A stretch of DNA of 52,027 nucleotides, taken from positions 1 through 52,027 of the forward strand of contig JANOAV010000050.1 of assembly GCA_031411295.1 (NCBI GenBank), in the 5' to 3' direction. The position numbers and the translations under genes are program-made. The notes beneath the pieces are model-generated. The model worked only from the letters and a program-made list of their open reading frames with translations, was not told the origin of the DNA and made no database searches. Origin of the DNA: Verrucomicrobiales bacterium. Lineage in GTDB: Bacteria; Verrucomicrobiota; Verrucomicrobiia; Verrucomicrobiales; V1-33. Numbering within the stretch: position 1 is the first letter of the stretch; every line of letters starts with the position of its first letter. This document shows, in pieces, positions 1 to 7,661 of this stretch.

Positions 1-1
1 C

Positions 2-1081
2 CGCGTAGTCCTCGGACAGCAGGCGGCGCACGAGGGCGGCGGTGTTGGTGTTTTCCTCGACGCAGCCTTCCTGGAAGCGGTTGAACTCCTCCCGCGTCTG
101 GCGGTCGAGGTCTTTGCGGTCCACGACGAAGACGCACTTGTGGATGGAATCGTTTTCCTTCAGCAGGGTGTCGGCCTTGAAGGAGGTGAGTGTCTTGCCG
201 CTGCCGGTGGTGTGCCAGACGAAGCCGTTGCCATTATCATCATCAATGCACTTCACCATGTGCTGCACGGCATAGACCTGATAAGGCCGCATGATCATGA
301 GCTTCTGCTCGGTGGCGATGAGCACCATGTAGCGGCTGATGGTCCGGCCGAGGTCGCACTTTTTCAGGAAGCGCTCCGCGAACTCATTGAGATGGCGAAT
401 CTTCCGGTTGTCCTCATCCGCGAACTCATAGACGGGCAGGAAGCGCTCGTCGGCATTGAAGGCGAAGTGGCGGGCGTTGTTGTTGGCGAAGTAGAAGGTC
501 TGGTCGCGATTGCTAACGATGAAGAGCTGGAGAAAACAGAGGAGGGTCTTGGTGTAGCCGTTGCCGGGATCGTTTTTGTATTCGACGATCTGCTCCATGG
601 CCCGGCGCGGATTCACGCCGAGAGTTTTCAGCTCGATCTGGGTGACGGGAACGCCATTGATGAGGATGAGCACATCGAAGCGGTGGTGGCTGTTATCCGT
701 GTTGATGCGGAGTTGGTTGATGACTTGGAAGTCGTTTTTGCACCAGTCTTTGAGATTAACCAACGTGTAGTTCAACGGCGTGCCGTCGTCCCGAGTAAAG
801 GAGGTGATGCTCCGCAGGGCCTTGGACGCGGCAAAGACATCCGGCGTGACGATTTCATCCAGCAGGCGAGCAAACTCGGCATCCGTGAGACGGACGTGGT
901 TCAGGGCCTCGAACTTTTCCCGGAAGTTCTGTTCCAGCGTGGCGCGGTTCGTGATGTCGCTGCGGTATTCGTATTTGAGTCCCTGGAGCGTGCCGATGAA
1001 GCCGGATTCGATGCCGTCTTCACGGAGCACCGAGCTGGCGGCGTCATCGGGGAGGTCGTATTTGAATTTTGCAGGCGGCAT
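2..1081 (-). CDS. hsdR: Type I restriction endonuclease subunit R, N-terminal part (runs off window edge)
   Basis: Hand translation of minus strand from ATG at 1081: MPPAKFKYDLPDD...; PD-(D/E)xK nuclease motif RFDVLILINGVPVTQIELK, MRPYQ and Walker A WHTTGSGKT. No stop before the window edge, so absent from the ORF track. Confidence 0.93.
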   Translation of the reverse strand, partial: MPPAKFKYDLPDDAASSVLREDGIESGFIGTLQGLKYEYRSDITNRATLEQNFREKFEALNHVRLTDAEFARLLDEIVTPDVFAASKALRSITSFTRDDGTPLNYTLVNLKDWCKNDFQVINQLRINTDNSHHRFDVLILINGVPVTQIELKTLGVNPRRAMEQIVEYKNDPGNGYTKTLLCFLQLFIVSNRDQTFYFANNNARHFAFNADERFLPVYEFADEDNRKIRHLNEFAERFLKKCDLGRTISRYMVLIATEQKLMIMRPYQVYAVQHMVKCIDDDNGNGFVWHTTGSGKTLTSFKADTLLKENDSIHKCVFVVDRKDLDRQTREEFNRFQEGCVEENTNTAALVRRLLSEDYA

Positions 1082-1136
1082 GGCTGGGTGTGGTTGGCGG
1101 GCAGATTTAAGGGAGCTAGGCGGAAATGGCAAGTTT

Positions 1137-1694
1137 TCAGGCGGTTTTCTTTTCGGGGGCGGTGGCGCGTTGCGGGTGGCGGAGGCGGTGGGCTTGGTGG
1201 GGCGCTCGGGGTAAAGCAGGACTCCAGCGGGGGATGGGGGGAGGGATTTTGTCTATTTTCCGTGTAACTCCTTCAGGATGTGGGGATTCCGTGGACTGGC
1301 GGAGGGTTTCCGCGACCCGGCGAAGAGCTTCGGCGACCCGGCGGAGAGCTTCCGCCTCTAGGCGGCGGGCTTCCGCCTCTAGGCGGCGGGCTTCCGCCTC
1401 TAGGCGACGGGCTTCCGCCTCTAGGCGACGGGCTTCCGCCTCTAGGCGACGGGCTTCCGCCTCTAGGCGACGGGCTTCCGCCTCTAGGCGACGGGCTTCC
1501 GCCTCTAGGAGGCGAGCTTTCACCTCTAGGCGACGAGCTTTCACCTCTAGGCGACGAGCTTCCGCCTCTAGGCGACGAGCTTCCGCCTCTAGGCGACGAG
1601 CTTCCGCCTCTAGGTGGCGAGCTTCCGCCTCTAGGCAGCGAGCTTTCGGCTCTAGGCGGCGAGCTTCCGCCTCTAGGCGGCGGGCCTTCGTCAC
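1137..1694 (-). CDS. Possible heptad-repeat coiled-coil protein (EAEARRL)n encoded by the array
   Basis: ORF track; GTG start; co-oriented with hsdR. Four of six frames are open across the array, so coding status is uncertain. Confidence 0.3.
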   Translation of the reverse strand: MTKARRLEAEARRLEPKARCLEAEARHLEAEARRLEAEARRLEAEARRLEVKARRLEVKARLLEAEARRLEAEARRLEAEARRLEAEARRLEAEARRLEAEARRLEAEARRLEAEALRRVAEALRRVAETLRQSTESPHPEGVTRKIDKIPPPIPRWSPALPRAPHQAHRLRHPQRATAPEKKTA

Positions 1695-1702
1695 CAGACG
1701 GT
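1304..1702. repeat. 21-bp tandem repeat array: 16 core units (1346-1681) plus about 3 degenerate flanking units
   Basis: Consensus G(A/G)GCTTCCGCCTCTAGGCG(A/G)C. Every core unit contains CTAG and most carry the mini-palindrome CGCCT-CT-AGGCG. No unique spacers. Confidence 0.97.
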
Positions 1703-1768
1703 GAGGCGGCGTTTGCAGGCGTGGCAGGGTGGGAGGTTGCGGGTTGACCCCGGTTGGCAGGTGGAACT

Positions 1769-1846
1769 CATTCAGTATGAATGGTTTACAAACAAAGTGA
1801 ATTTTAGGTAAAAAAATCTTGCCATAATAGCCTTTTTTTGTATAGT
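1769..1846. promoter_or_regulatory. AT-rich divergent promoter region
   Basis: Plus strand: TTGCCA(1819)-N16-TATAGT(1841). Minus strand: weaker TTCACT-N16-CATACT (1801-1774). Palindrome CATTCA-GTA-TGAATG at 1769-1783 overlaps the minus-strand -10. Confidence 0.5.
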
Positions 1847-1876
1847 GCGGTCTTCACCATCCTTGTCGTTCTCATT

Positions 1877-2620
1877 ATGCCCACACCAACTGGCTTCCAT
1901 TATGATTCCCCGGACGCTTTTTACGATATGGGTTTAGTTTACGACCAGGAACCGTCAACCAACCCAAAACCTAAAACGAAGATGTCCGCATTTAATCTAA
2001 ATTTGAGTAAGAAGAACCCTGCTGAATTGATTGCCTTGGCAACTAAAGTGACTGGCAAACTCATCCCGGCGGCACCCGCTACCCCGCCGGTGCCGAACAT
2101 GGCGGCAAAGGTGGCGCTGCTGCAAACGGCGGCTACGGTTGCCGCAACGGCGAATGATAATTACGAGGATGCCAAGACCGCGCTGGTCAATCTGAAGGTG
2201 CTGCGGGATCAAGCGGTGGATGCGCTGCGCGTAGAGCACACGGCGGTGGCCAAGGGGGTTGAAAGCGAGGCGCGCGGGAATGCCGCCATGCTCTCCGCCA
2301 GTGGTTATGATCTGGCCGCGGAAGCCTCCTCCACCACCGCTCCACCGGACAAGGTGCTGAAGCTAAACGTGACCGCGAGCGAGGCGGAAGGTCAACTCAA
2401 TGTGCAACATGATCCCGTGACGGGAGCACGGTCTTACGATCTGCAAATCACCACCGTGGACCCAATCGCAGGACCATGGGAACTAAAGTGCTCCCAAACG
2501 ACATCTAAGTGCACGGTTAGTGGACTCACCAGTGCGCAACGCGTCTGGATCAGAGTGCGGGCCCTGGGCGTGAATGGTCCCGGTCCCTGGAGTGATCCGT
2601 TCACGAAGATTGTTCCCTGA
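1877..2620 (+). CDS. Helical N-terminal region plus C-terminal fibronectin type III domain protein
   Basis: C-terminus ...YDLQ...CTVSGLTSAQRVWIRVRALGVNGPGPWSDP is typical FN3. Ala-rich helical middle; no signal peptide. Start is either 1877 or 1982. Confidence 0.8.
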   Translation: MPTPTGFHYDSPDAFYDMGLVYDQEPSTNPKPKTKMSAFNLNLSKKNPAELIALATKVTGKLIPAAPATPPVPNMAAKVALLQTAATVAATANDNYEDAKTALVNLKVLRDQAVDALRVEHTAVAKGVESEARGNAAMLSASGYDLAAEASSTTAPPDKVLKLNVTASEAEGQLNVQHDPVTGARSYDLQITTVDPIAGPWELKCSQTTSKCTVSGLTSAQRVWIRVRALGVNGPGPWSDPFTKIVP

Positions 2621-2636
2621 ACATTGCCTTCGCGGA

Positions 2637-2662
2637 GGGCGGACCTGGCCGCAGGTCCGCCC
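2637..2662 (+). terminator. GC-rich hairpin after FN3 gene (terminator or stability hairpin)
   Basis: GGGCGGACCTG-GCCG-CAGGTCCGCCC, perfect 11-bp stem; U-tail weak. Confidence 0.55.
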
Positions 2663-2698
2663 GCTTCGACCTCCATTCCACAAACACTGTTTAAAAAT

Positions 2699-2818
2699 GT
2701 AGTGATGGACTTTAGTCCGTAAACGTCCGGGTGCAGCGGCTAGACGTGCCGCATCATTTCGGGTAACTCAATGATGCCTTTGGGGCGGGTTGGGTTACGG
2801 ACTAAAGTCCATCACTAC
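2699..2818. repeat. REPIN-like element (inverted pair of GTAG-type REPs)
   Basis: GTAGTGATGGACTTTAGTCCGTAA (2699-2722) and its exact reverse complement (2795-2818). Each has a GGACT-NN-AGTCC hairpin; inner GCATCATT/AATGATGC stem. Confidence 0.85.
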
Positions 2819-2861
2819 GTTGCTTACCCTATTTAATGATTCCTTACCCTTTTCCAATACC

Positions 2862-3302
2862 ATGCCATTCGATCCCACCATTCCGCTCACGGGGGCCGCA
2901 GCCACTTCGGAAGCACTCCGTAATCAATTTAACGGTCTGAAAGACTTAATCGACGCGATTCCCGCAGGCCCAGTGGGTCCCGCCGGAGCGCAGGGCCCAC
3001 CCGGTCCGGCTTTTGCCAATGTGACGGTGGATTCCGTCACCACGGTGAGCCCCATGACTCCGGCCGGAGCTTCCGTTTTCTTCGATGGGGCGTTGGTCCA
3101 CTTCAGTTTCACGATTCCGGCAGGAATTGATGGTGCGACGGGGGCCACCGGGGATGTAAGTTCGCAACAACTGGTGGATGCCATCAATACCACCTCCGCC
3201 AGCAGCAATGGGGTGGCACTGCTACTGCCGATGATTCCCTCCCCAACGGCGCAGGATGTGGCGAATAAGCTGGATGAGCTGATTCAAGCGCTGCGAAGGT
3301 AA
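2862..3302 (+). CDS. Short collagen-like protein with head-fibre-like C-terminal helix
   Basis: MPFDPTIP...; Gly-X-Y run GPVGPAGAQGPPGPA and GIDGATGATG; ends PTAQDVANKLDELIQALRR. Confidence 0.75.
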   Translation: MPFDPTIPLTGAAATSEALRNQFNGLKDLIDAIPAGPVGPAGAQGPPGPAFANVTVDSVTTVSPMTPAGASVFFDGALVHFSFTIPAGIDGATGATGDVSSQQLVDAINTTSASSNGVALLLPMIPSPTAQDVANKLDELIQALRR

Positions 3303-3482
3303 GGGCACGGAGGATCGGAGGCAGCGGACAGAAGAGCGGGTAGCCCGGAATGATTACAGGATTACGCTGGCAAAATGCGGGCTGCGGCGGATAAACTGAA
3401 GAGGATTTATCCTTGCCTGCATCCGTGTGGCAAGGGCTGCGTCACCTTGATTCCTTTCCATCATCCTTCCCTGCTCTGAACT

Positions 3483-4880
3483 ATGAAACTTTCTTACCTC
3501 GCATTGATCTCTCTCTTGGCGGTCACGGCCTTGGCCCAAGCCGCTCCCGTAAAAACCGTGGAGGCCCTTGTCTCGGCGGTGCAGGCGGCGGCGGAAGGCA
3601 CCACGATTGAATTGGCGGCAGGCACCTTCCGCTTGACGAAACCGCTCGATCTTACCTCCGGTCTCACCTTGAAAGGGGCGGGCATCGGCAAGACCATCGT
3701 GACCAATGCGGACTCGTGGCAGGCGAATCCCGCGACCTTGCCGGACCCGGAGACGAATCATGAGAAGTTCGATCGCACGGGCTATCTGATCCGCTGCAAG
3801 AATGACACCAAGGACATTGCCGTCTCCGGCATGACGCTGACTGGACCGCAGATGCACGGGGCCATCTTTGGGATGGTGAATCAAGGGCTGCACTTCCATG
3901 ATCTGCGGATCGAGGATTTCATGTATAGCGGGATCCGCACCTATGGGATGTCGCAGGCGAAAATCCATGACTGCACGTTTGTGGATGCCGGACAGCGTTG
4001 GGAGAATGGGAAACCCGGCGTGAAGGGAGGGATCACGGGCGGCGGGATCTTTGCGATCTGGATGGGGGATACGGAGATCTGGAACAATCGTTTCCTCGTC
4101 ACCAAGACCGCCCCGAATGAACATTACTACGGGGTCAAGGCAAGACAGGGCAAGCGCTGCCGGATTCATCACAACACGATTGAGGCGGGCTTCTCCATCG
4201 AAATGCCATTCGAAGGGGATGAAGATGTGGAGATCGATCACAACATTCTTTTCTCCGCAGTCTCCATTCCGAAATACGCCGGCGGACATGTCCCCAAGAG
4301 TGGGCGCACGTTCCATTTTCATCACAATTATTTCAAGGATAGCTACTCCATCGAGTTTGTGCGCAACGGGGTGGAGATCGACCACAATCTCTTCGACTTC
4401 AATGTGAAGCAGGATGGCGGAAACTTGATTTCCTCCTTTGGCGATGTGGCGGCCCCGGGTCCTTGTGTGTTCCATAACAATCTGGTCTCGAATCCCGGCC
4501 GTGGCGTCATGTGGATGAACGAGCCGTATGCGAATCTCACGGTGCGGAATAACCACATCATTGCCCGTCCGACTGCAGAGAAGCGGCAGGACGGGCTGTT
4601 TGGATTCAACGACAAGTGTGATTTCACGACGTTTCGTTTCGAGCATAACATCATCGAGTGCCAGGAAACAGAGCGTCCGCTCTTCCGCAACGATGCCAGC
4701 GGGAAATCCACGGTGAGCAACAATCGGCTCACGGGCATTAGTGACACTGCCCGCTACAAAAACGAGCAAACGAAGGCCAAAGTCGGACTGGAGGAACCGC
4801 TGAAATTCGACTGCGGCGTGAACGGAGAAATGACGGTGGAGGGCTGGAAGGCGACGATGGCGAAGCCGGTCGCCAAATAA
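3483..4880 (+). CDS. Secreted right-handed parallel beta-helix protein (pectin-lyase-like fold)
   Basis: Signal peptide; GTTIELAAGTF..LTLKGAG; repeated IHHN/IDHN/FHHN rungs. Confidence 0.85.
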   Translation: MKLSYLALISLLAVTALAQAAPVKTVEALVSAVQAAAEGTTIELAAGTFRLTKPLDLTSGLTLKGAGIGKTIVTNADSWQANPATLPDPETNHEKFDRTGYLIRCKNDTKDIAVSGMTLTGPQMHGAIFGMVNQGLHFHDLRIEDFMYSGIRTYGMSQAKIHDCTFVDAGQRWENGKPGVKGGITGGGIFAIWMGDTEIWNNRFLVTKTAPNEHYYGVKARQGKRCRIHHNTIEAGFSIEMPFEGDEDVEIDHNILFSAVSIPKYAGGHVPKSGRTFHFHHNYFKDSYSIEFVRNGVEIDHNLFDFNVKQDGGNLISSFGDVAAPGPCVFHNNLVSNPGRGVMWMNEPYANLTVRNNHIIARPTAEKRQDGLFGFNDKCDFTTFRFEHNIIECQETERPLFRNDASGKSTVSNNRLTGISDTARYKNEQTKAKVGLEEPLKFDCGVNGEMTVEGWKATMAKPVAK

Positions 4881-4894
4881 CCTAACCTGCGCTC

Positions 4895-7573
4895 ATGACC
4901 ATGAAACTTCCATCACTCGTGCTCTGTCTGCTTTCTGTGGCCGACTTTGGATTCGCTGAAGCTACCCGTTATGCGTTTCCGGATGATCCCGCGGTGCTCA
5001 ATGCCCAGCGGGACTTCGGGGCCAAGGGCGATGGCAAGACCGATGACACGAAAGCGCTGCAGCGGGCCATTGAGGCTAGTTGCGGGAATGACAAAGGGCA
5101 TCGGGGCAAGACCAATGCGCTCTATTTACCGAATGGAACCTACCGGCTAACAAGTTCGCTGGTGGTGAAAGCCGCGCTGGGTCCGTGGCTCTATGGGGAA
5201 TCGCGCGCTGGCGTGATCCTGAAATTAGATGACGGCGTGAAGGATGTGACGGCGGTGCTGCGGACCCATCCCAACGAGAAAGGGCCGACGTCCGCGGACT
5301 GGTTCATGCGGAATCTACGGCACTTCACGATTGATGTCGGCAAGAATCCGGAGACCGACGGCATTCGCTGGTATGCGACGAATACGGGAACGCTGCAGGA
5401 CGTGCGCATCATCGGAAAAGGCAAGGTGGGGGTGAACAGTGGTTTCCTGGATCAAACCGGGCCTAACTTGGTGCAGGATGTGGAGATCGATGGGTTCGAG
5501 ACGGGCATCCTAACGCAATGGAATTGGAGCGAGACGTTGTCCCGCGTGACCATCAAGAACTGCCGGAAGCAGGGACTGTATGTTTCCGCCACGGTCATTG
5601 CCGCGGAAGACTTGGTGGTGGAAAACACGCCGCTGGGAGTGATGGTGGATGTGCCCAACGGCTGGGATCACTGGTGTGGGGTGCTCGCACTCACGGGTGG
5701 AACATTTTCCGGTGGCGATGGGAAGACGGCCGCCATCATCAACAAGGGCAAGCTCTACGCCCGCAATGTCAAAGCGACCGGCTTCTCCCAGGCGATCGAT
5801 ACGAATGGATCCAATGGTAAAGTCGAGGGCTTGGAGGTGACGGAATTCTCTTCCTCGAAGCCTCGGAAGCTCTGGGAGGAGGCTCCGAACGCGTCGCTGG
5901 GATTGCCGATCAAGCGCGAACCGGTCGTGGACTGGGAACTGGATCCCGCCAAGTGGCTCTGTGCCGATGACTATGGTGTCACGTCGAATGACAACGAAGA
6001 TGACAGCGCTGCGATCCAAAAAGCGCTGGATGCCGCCGCAGCCAAAGGGGCCACGACGGTCTATTTCCGCGGCTGTGGCGGAGCCGAGCCTAACTGGTTT
6101 AAACTGGATCGACCGGTGCGCGTCCCAGCTCCGGTGCGGATGTTGATGGGTCTGGGTTGGGCGCGTTTGCTGGGAGGGAAAGAAGGGGGATTTGTGGTGG
6201 ATGACGGATCGGCTCCGTTCGTGAAATTTCAGAACCTCGACTCCTTCGGCGGTCCGCCCATCATGCTCACGAACGCGGCCAGCAAGCAGACGATGCTGGT
6301 GGAAAGCTGTGGCGTCCGCGTGATCGGAACGGGCACAGGCGATATTTTCCTAACCGACGTTCCGGGGACGCTTGATTTAAAAAAGTCGGGCCAGCACTGT
6401 TGGGCGCGTCAATTCAATCCGGAAGGAACGACCGATGATGGCCTCGTGCGCAACCAAGGGGGCACGTTGTGGTGCTTGGGCGTGAAGCACGAAGGCAAGG
6501 GCGTGCGTTTCTCCACCAGCCAGGGAGGGCGCACGGAGGTGCTGGGCTTATTCAACTACGGCGGCACCAAAGAGGAAATGGACTCCCGACCAAGCTTCAT
6601 CATTAACGATGCGTCGTTTACCGTGGCTGGGATGCGGGAACTGGCCTTCGATCAGCATACCGCCTTGAACAAAGTGCGCGAAACCCGCAGCGGGGAAACG
6701 CGCGTGCTGGACAAGCATCAACCGGGAGCCGAAGGATGGATCAGCTGGTCCCTCTTCAGCGGCTGGCAGCAAGACGTCGTCACCTACGGAACCAAGGGGG
6801 AGACCAAACTGACGATGGATGTCTTGCGCCCCGCCAAGGCCAGCAACCAGGCCGGAGTCATCATGATCGCGAGTGGAGGCTGGGCTTCTTCCCGTGGGGC
6901 GATTAACCAAAAATACGCCGCGCACTTTCTTGATCGGGGCTACACGGTATTTGCCGTGGTGCATGGATCGCATCCGCAATTTCACATCCCGGAAATCATC
7001 CCGGACGTGCCTCGCGCGGTGCGTTACCTCCGATGCCATGCGAAGGAATATGGGGTGGATCCGCAACGGATTGGAGTGACCGGAGCAAGCTCTGGCGGTC
7101 ATCTGGCCCTGCTGGCAGGAACGCAAGGAAGCCCCGGAGTCGAGGGGGCAGAGGATCCTGTGGACCGGGAAAGCAGTGCGGTGCAGGCGGTGGCGTGCTT
7201 CTTTCCACCCACGGATTTTCTAAATTACGTGAAGCCGAACCTCAATGCGATGGACGAAAGCGTGCTCAAGAATTATCGCAAGTTCATCGGTGACATCCCC
7301 GCGGATCTCGCCGCGCGCGATGCCTTGGGCCGTCGCATTTCACCCATCTATGGCATTACGGGAAAAATGCCACCCACGCTCATTATCCACGGAGAGAAGG
7401 ATCAGCATGTCCTCCTGCATCAATCCTCCAGCTTCATCGAAGCCGCTACCAAGGCCGGAGCCACGGCCAAGCTAATCGTCAAACCAAACCAAGCTCACGG
7501 CTGGCCCGACATGGGGCCGGATGTGGAGGTTATGGCGGATTGGTTTGATCGCTATTTGGTGGCAGCTCCATAG
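4895..7573 (+). CDS. Secreted pectate_lyase_3/GH55-like beta-helix protein fused to a C-terminal alpha/beta-hydrolase (esterase)
   Basis: DFGAKGDGKTDDTKALQRAI and a second DYGV..DDSAAIQKAL repeat; esterase motifs SGGW, GASSGG, PPTLIIHGEKD, HGW. Confidence 0.85.
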   Translation: MTMKLPSLVLCLLSVADFGFAEATRYAFPDDPAVLNAQRDFGAKGDGKTDDTKALQRAIEASCGNDKGHRGKTNALYLPNGTYRLTSSLVVKAALGPWLYGESRAGVILKLDDGVKDVTAVLRTHPNEKGPTSADWFMRNLRHFTIDVGKNPETDGIRWYATNTGTLQDVRIIGKGKVGVNSGFLDQTGPNLVQDVEIDGFETGILTQWNWSETLSRVTIKNCRKQGLYVSATVIAAEDLVVENTPLGVMVDVPNGWDHWCGVLALTGGTFSGGDGKTAAIINKGKLYARNVKATGFSQAIDTNGSNGKVEGLEVTEFSSSKPRKLWEEAPNASLGLPIKREPVVDWELDPAKWLCADDYGVTSNDNEDDSAAIQKALDAAAAKGATTVYFRGCGGAEPNWFKLDRPVRVPAPVRMLMGLGWARLLGGKEGGFVVDDGSAPFVKFQNLDSFGGPPIMLTNAASKQTMLVESCGVRVIGTGTGDIFLTDVPGTLDLKKSGQHCWARQFNPEGTTDDGLVRNQGGTLWCLGVKHEGKGVRFSTSQGGRTEVLGLFNYGGTKEEMDSRPSFIINDASFTVAGMRELAFDQHTALNKVRETRSGETRVLDKHQPGAEGWISWSLFSGWQQDVVTYGTKGETKLTMDVLRPAKASNQAGVIMIASGGWASSRGAINQKYAAHFLDRGYTVFAVVHGSHPQFHIPEIIPDVPRAVRYLRCHAKEYGVDPQRIGVTGASSGGHLALLAGTQGSPGVEGAEDPVDRESSAVQAVACFFPPTDFLNYVKPNLNAMDESVLKNYRKFIGDIPADLAARDALGRRISPIYGITGKMPPTLIIHGEKDQHVLLHQSSSFIEAATKAGATAKLIVKPNQAHGWPDMGPDVEVMADWFDRYLVAAP

Positions 7574-7661
7574 AGCCTCATGGAACACACGCCCAGCAGT
7601 GAATCGCTGAAATCTAACATGAAGCAGTCCAGTCGATGCTTTGGCGCGCTGGCTCGGAATG

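Noticed and set aside
140..1267. 375-aa plus-strand ORF
   Set aside because: Antisense shadow of hsdR, whose conserved motifs are on the minus strand.
1304..1702. CRISPR array
   Set aside because: Units are contiguous with no unique spacers, and there are no cas genes in the window.
1126..1747. Plus-strand (RRRASAS)n and (LPPLGDG)n ORFs
   Set aside because: Alternative open frames of the tandem repeat, with no independent coding evidence.
1877..3302. Prophage remnant
   Set aside because: No terminase, portal, capsid, integrase or lysis genes nearby.
3354..4769. 471-aa minus-strand ORF (likewise 42839-44275 plus and 46830-47987 minus)
   Set aside because: Shadow ORFs opposite well-supported genes, expected in GC-rich DNA.
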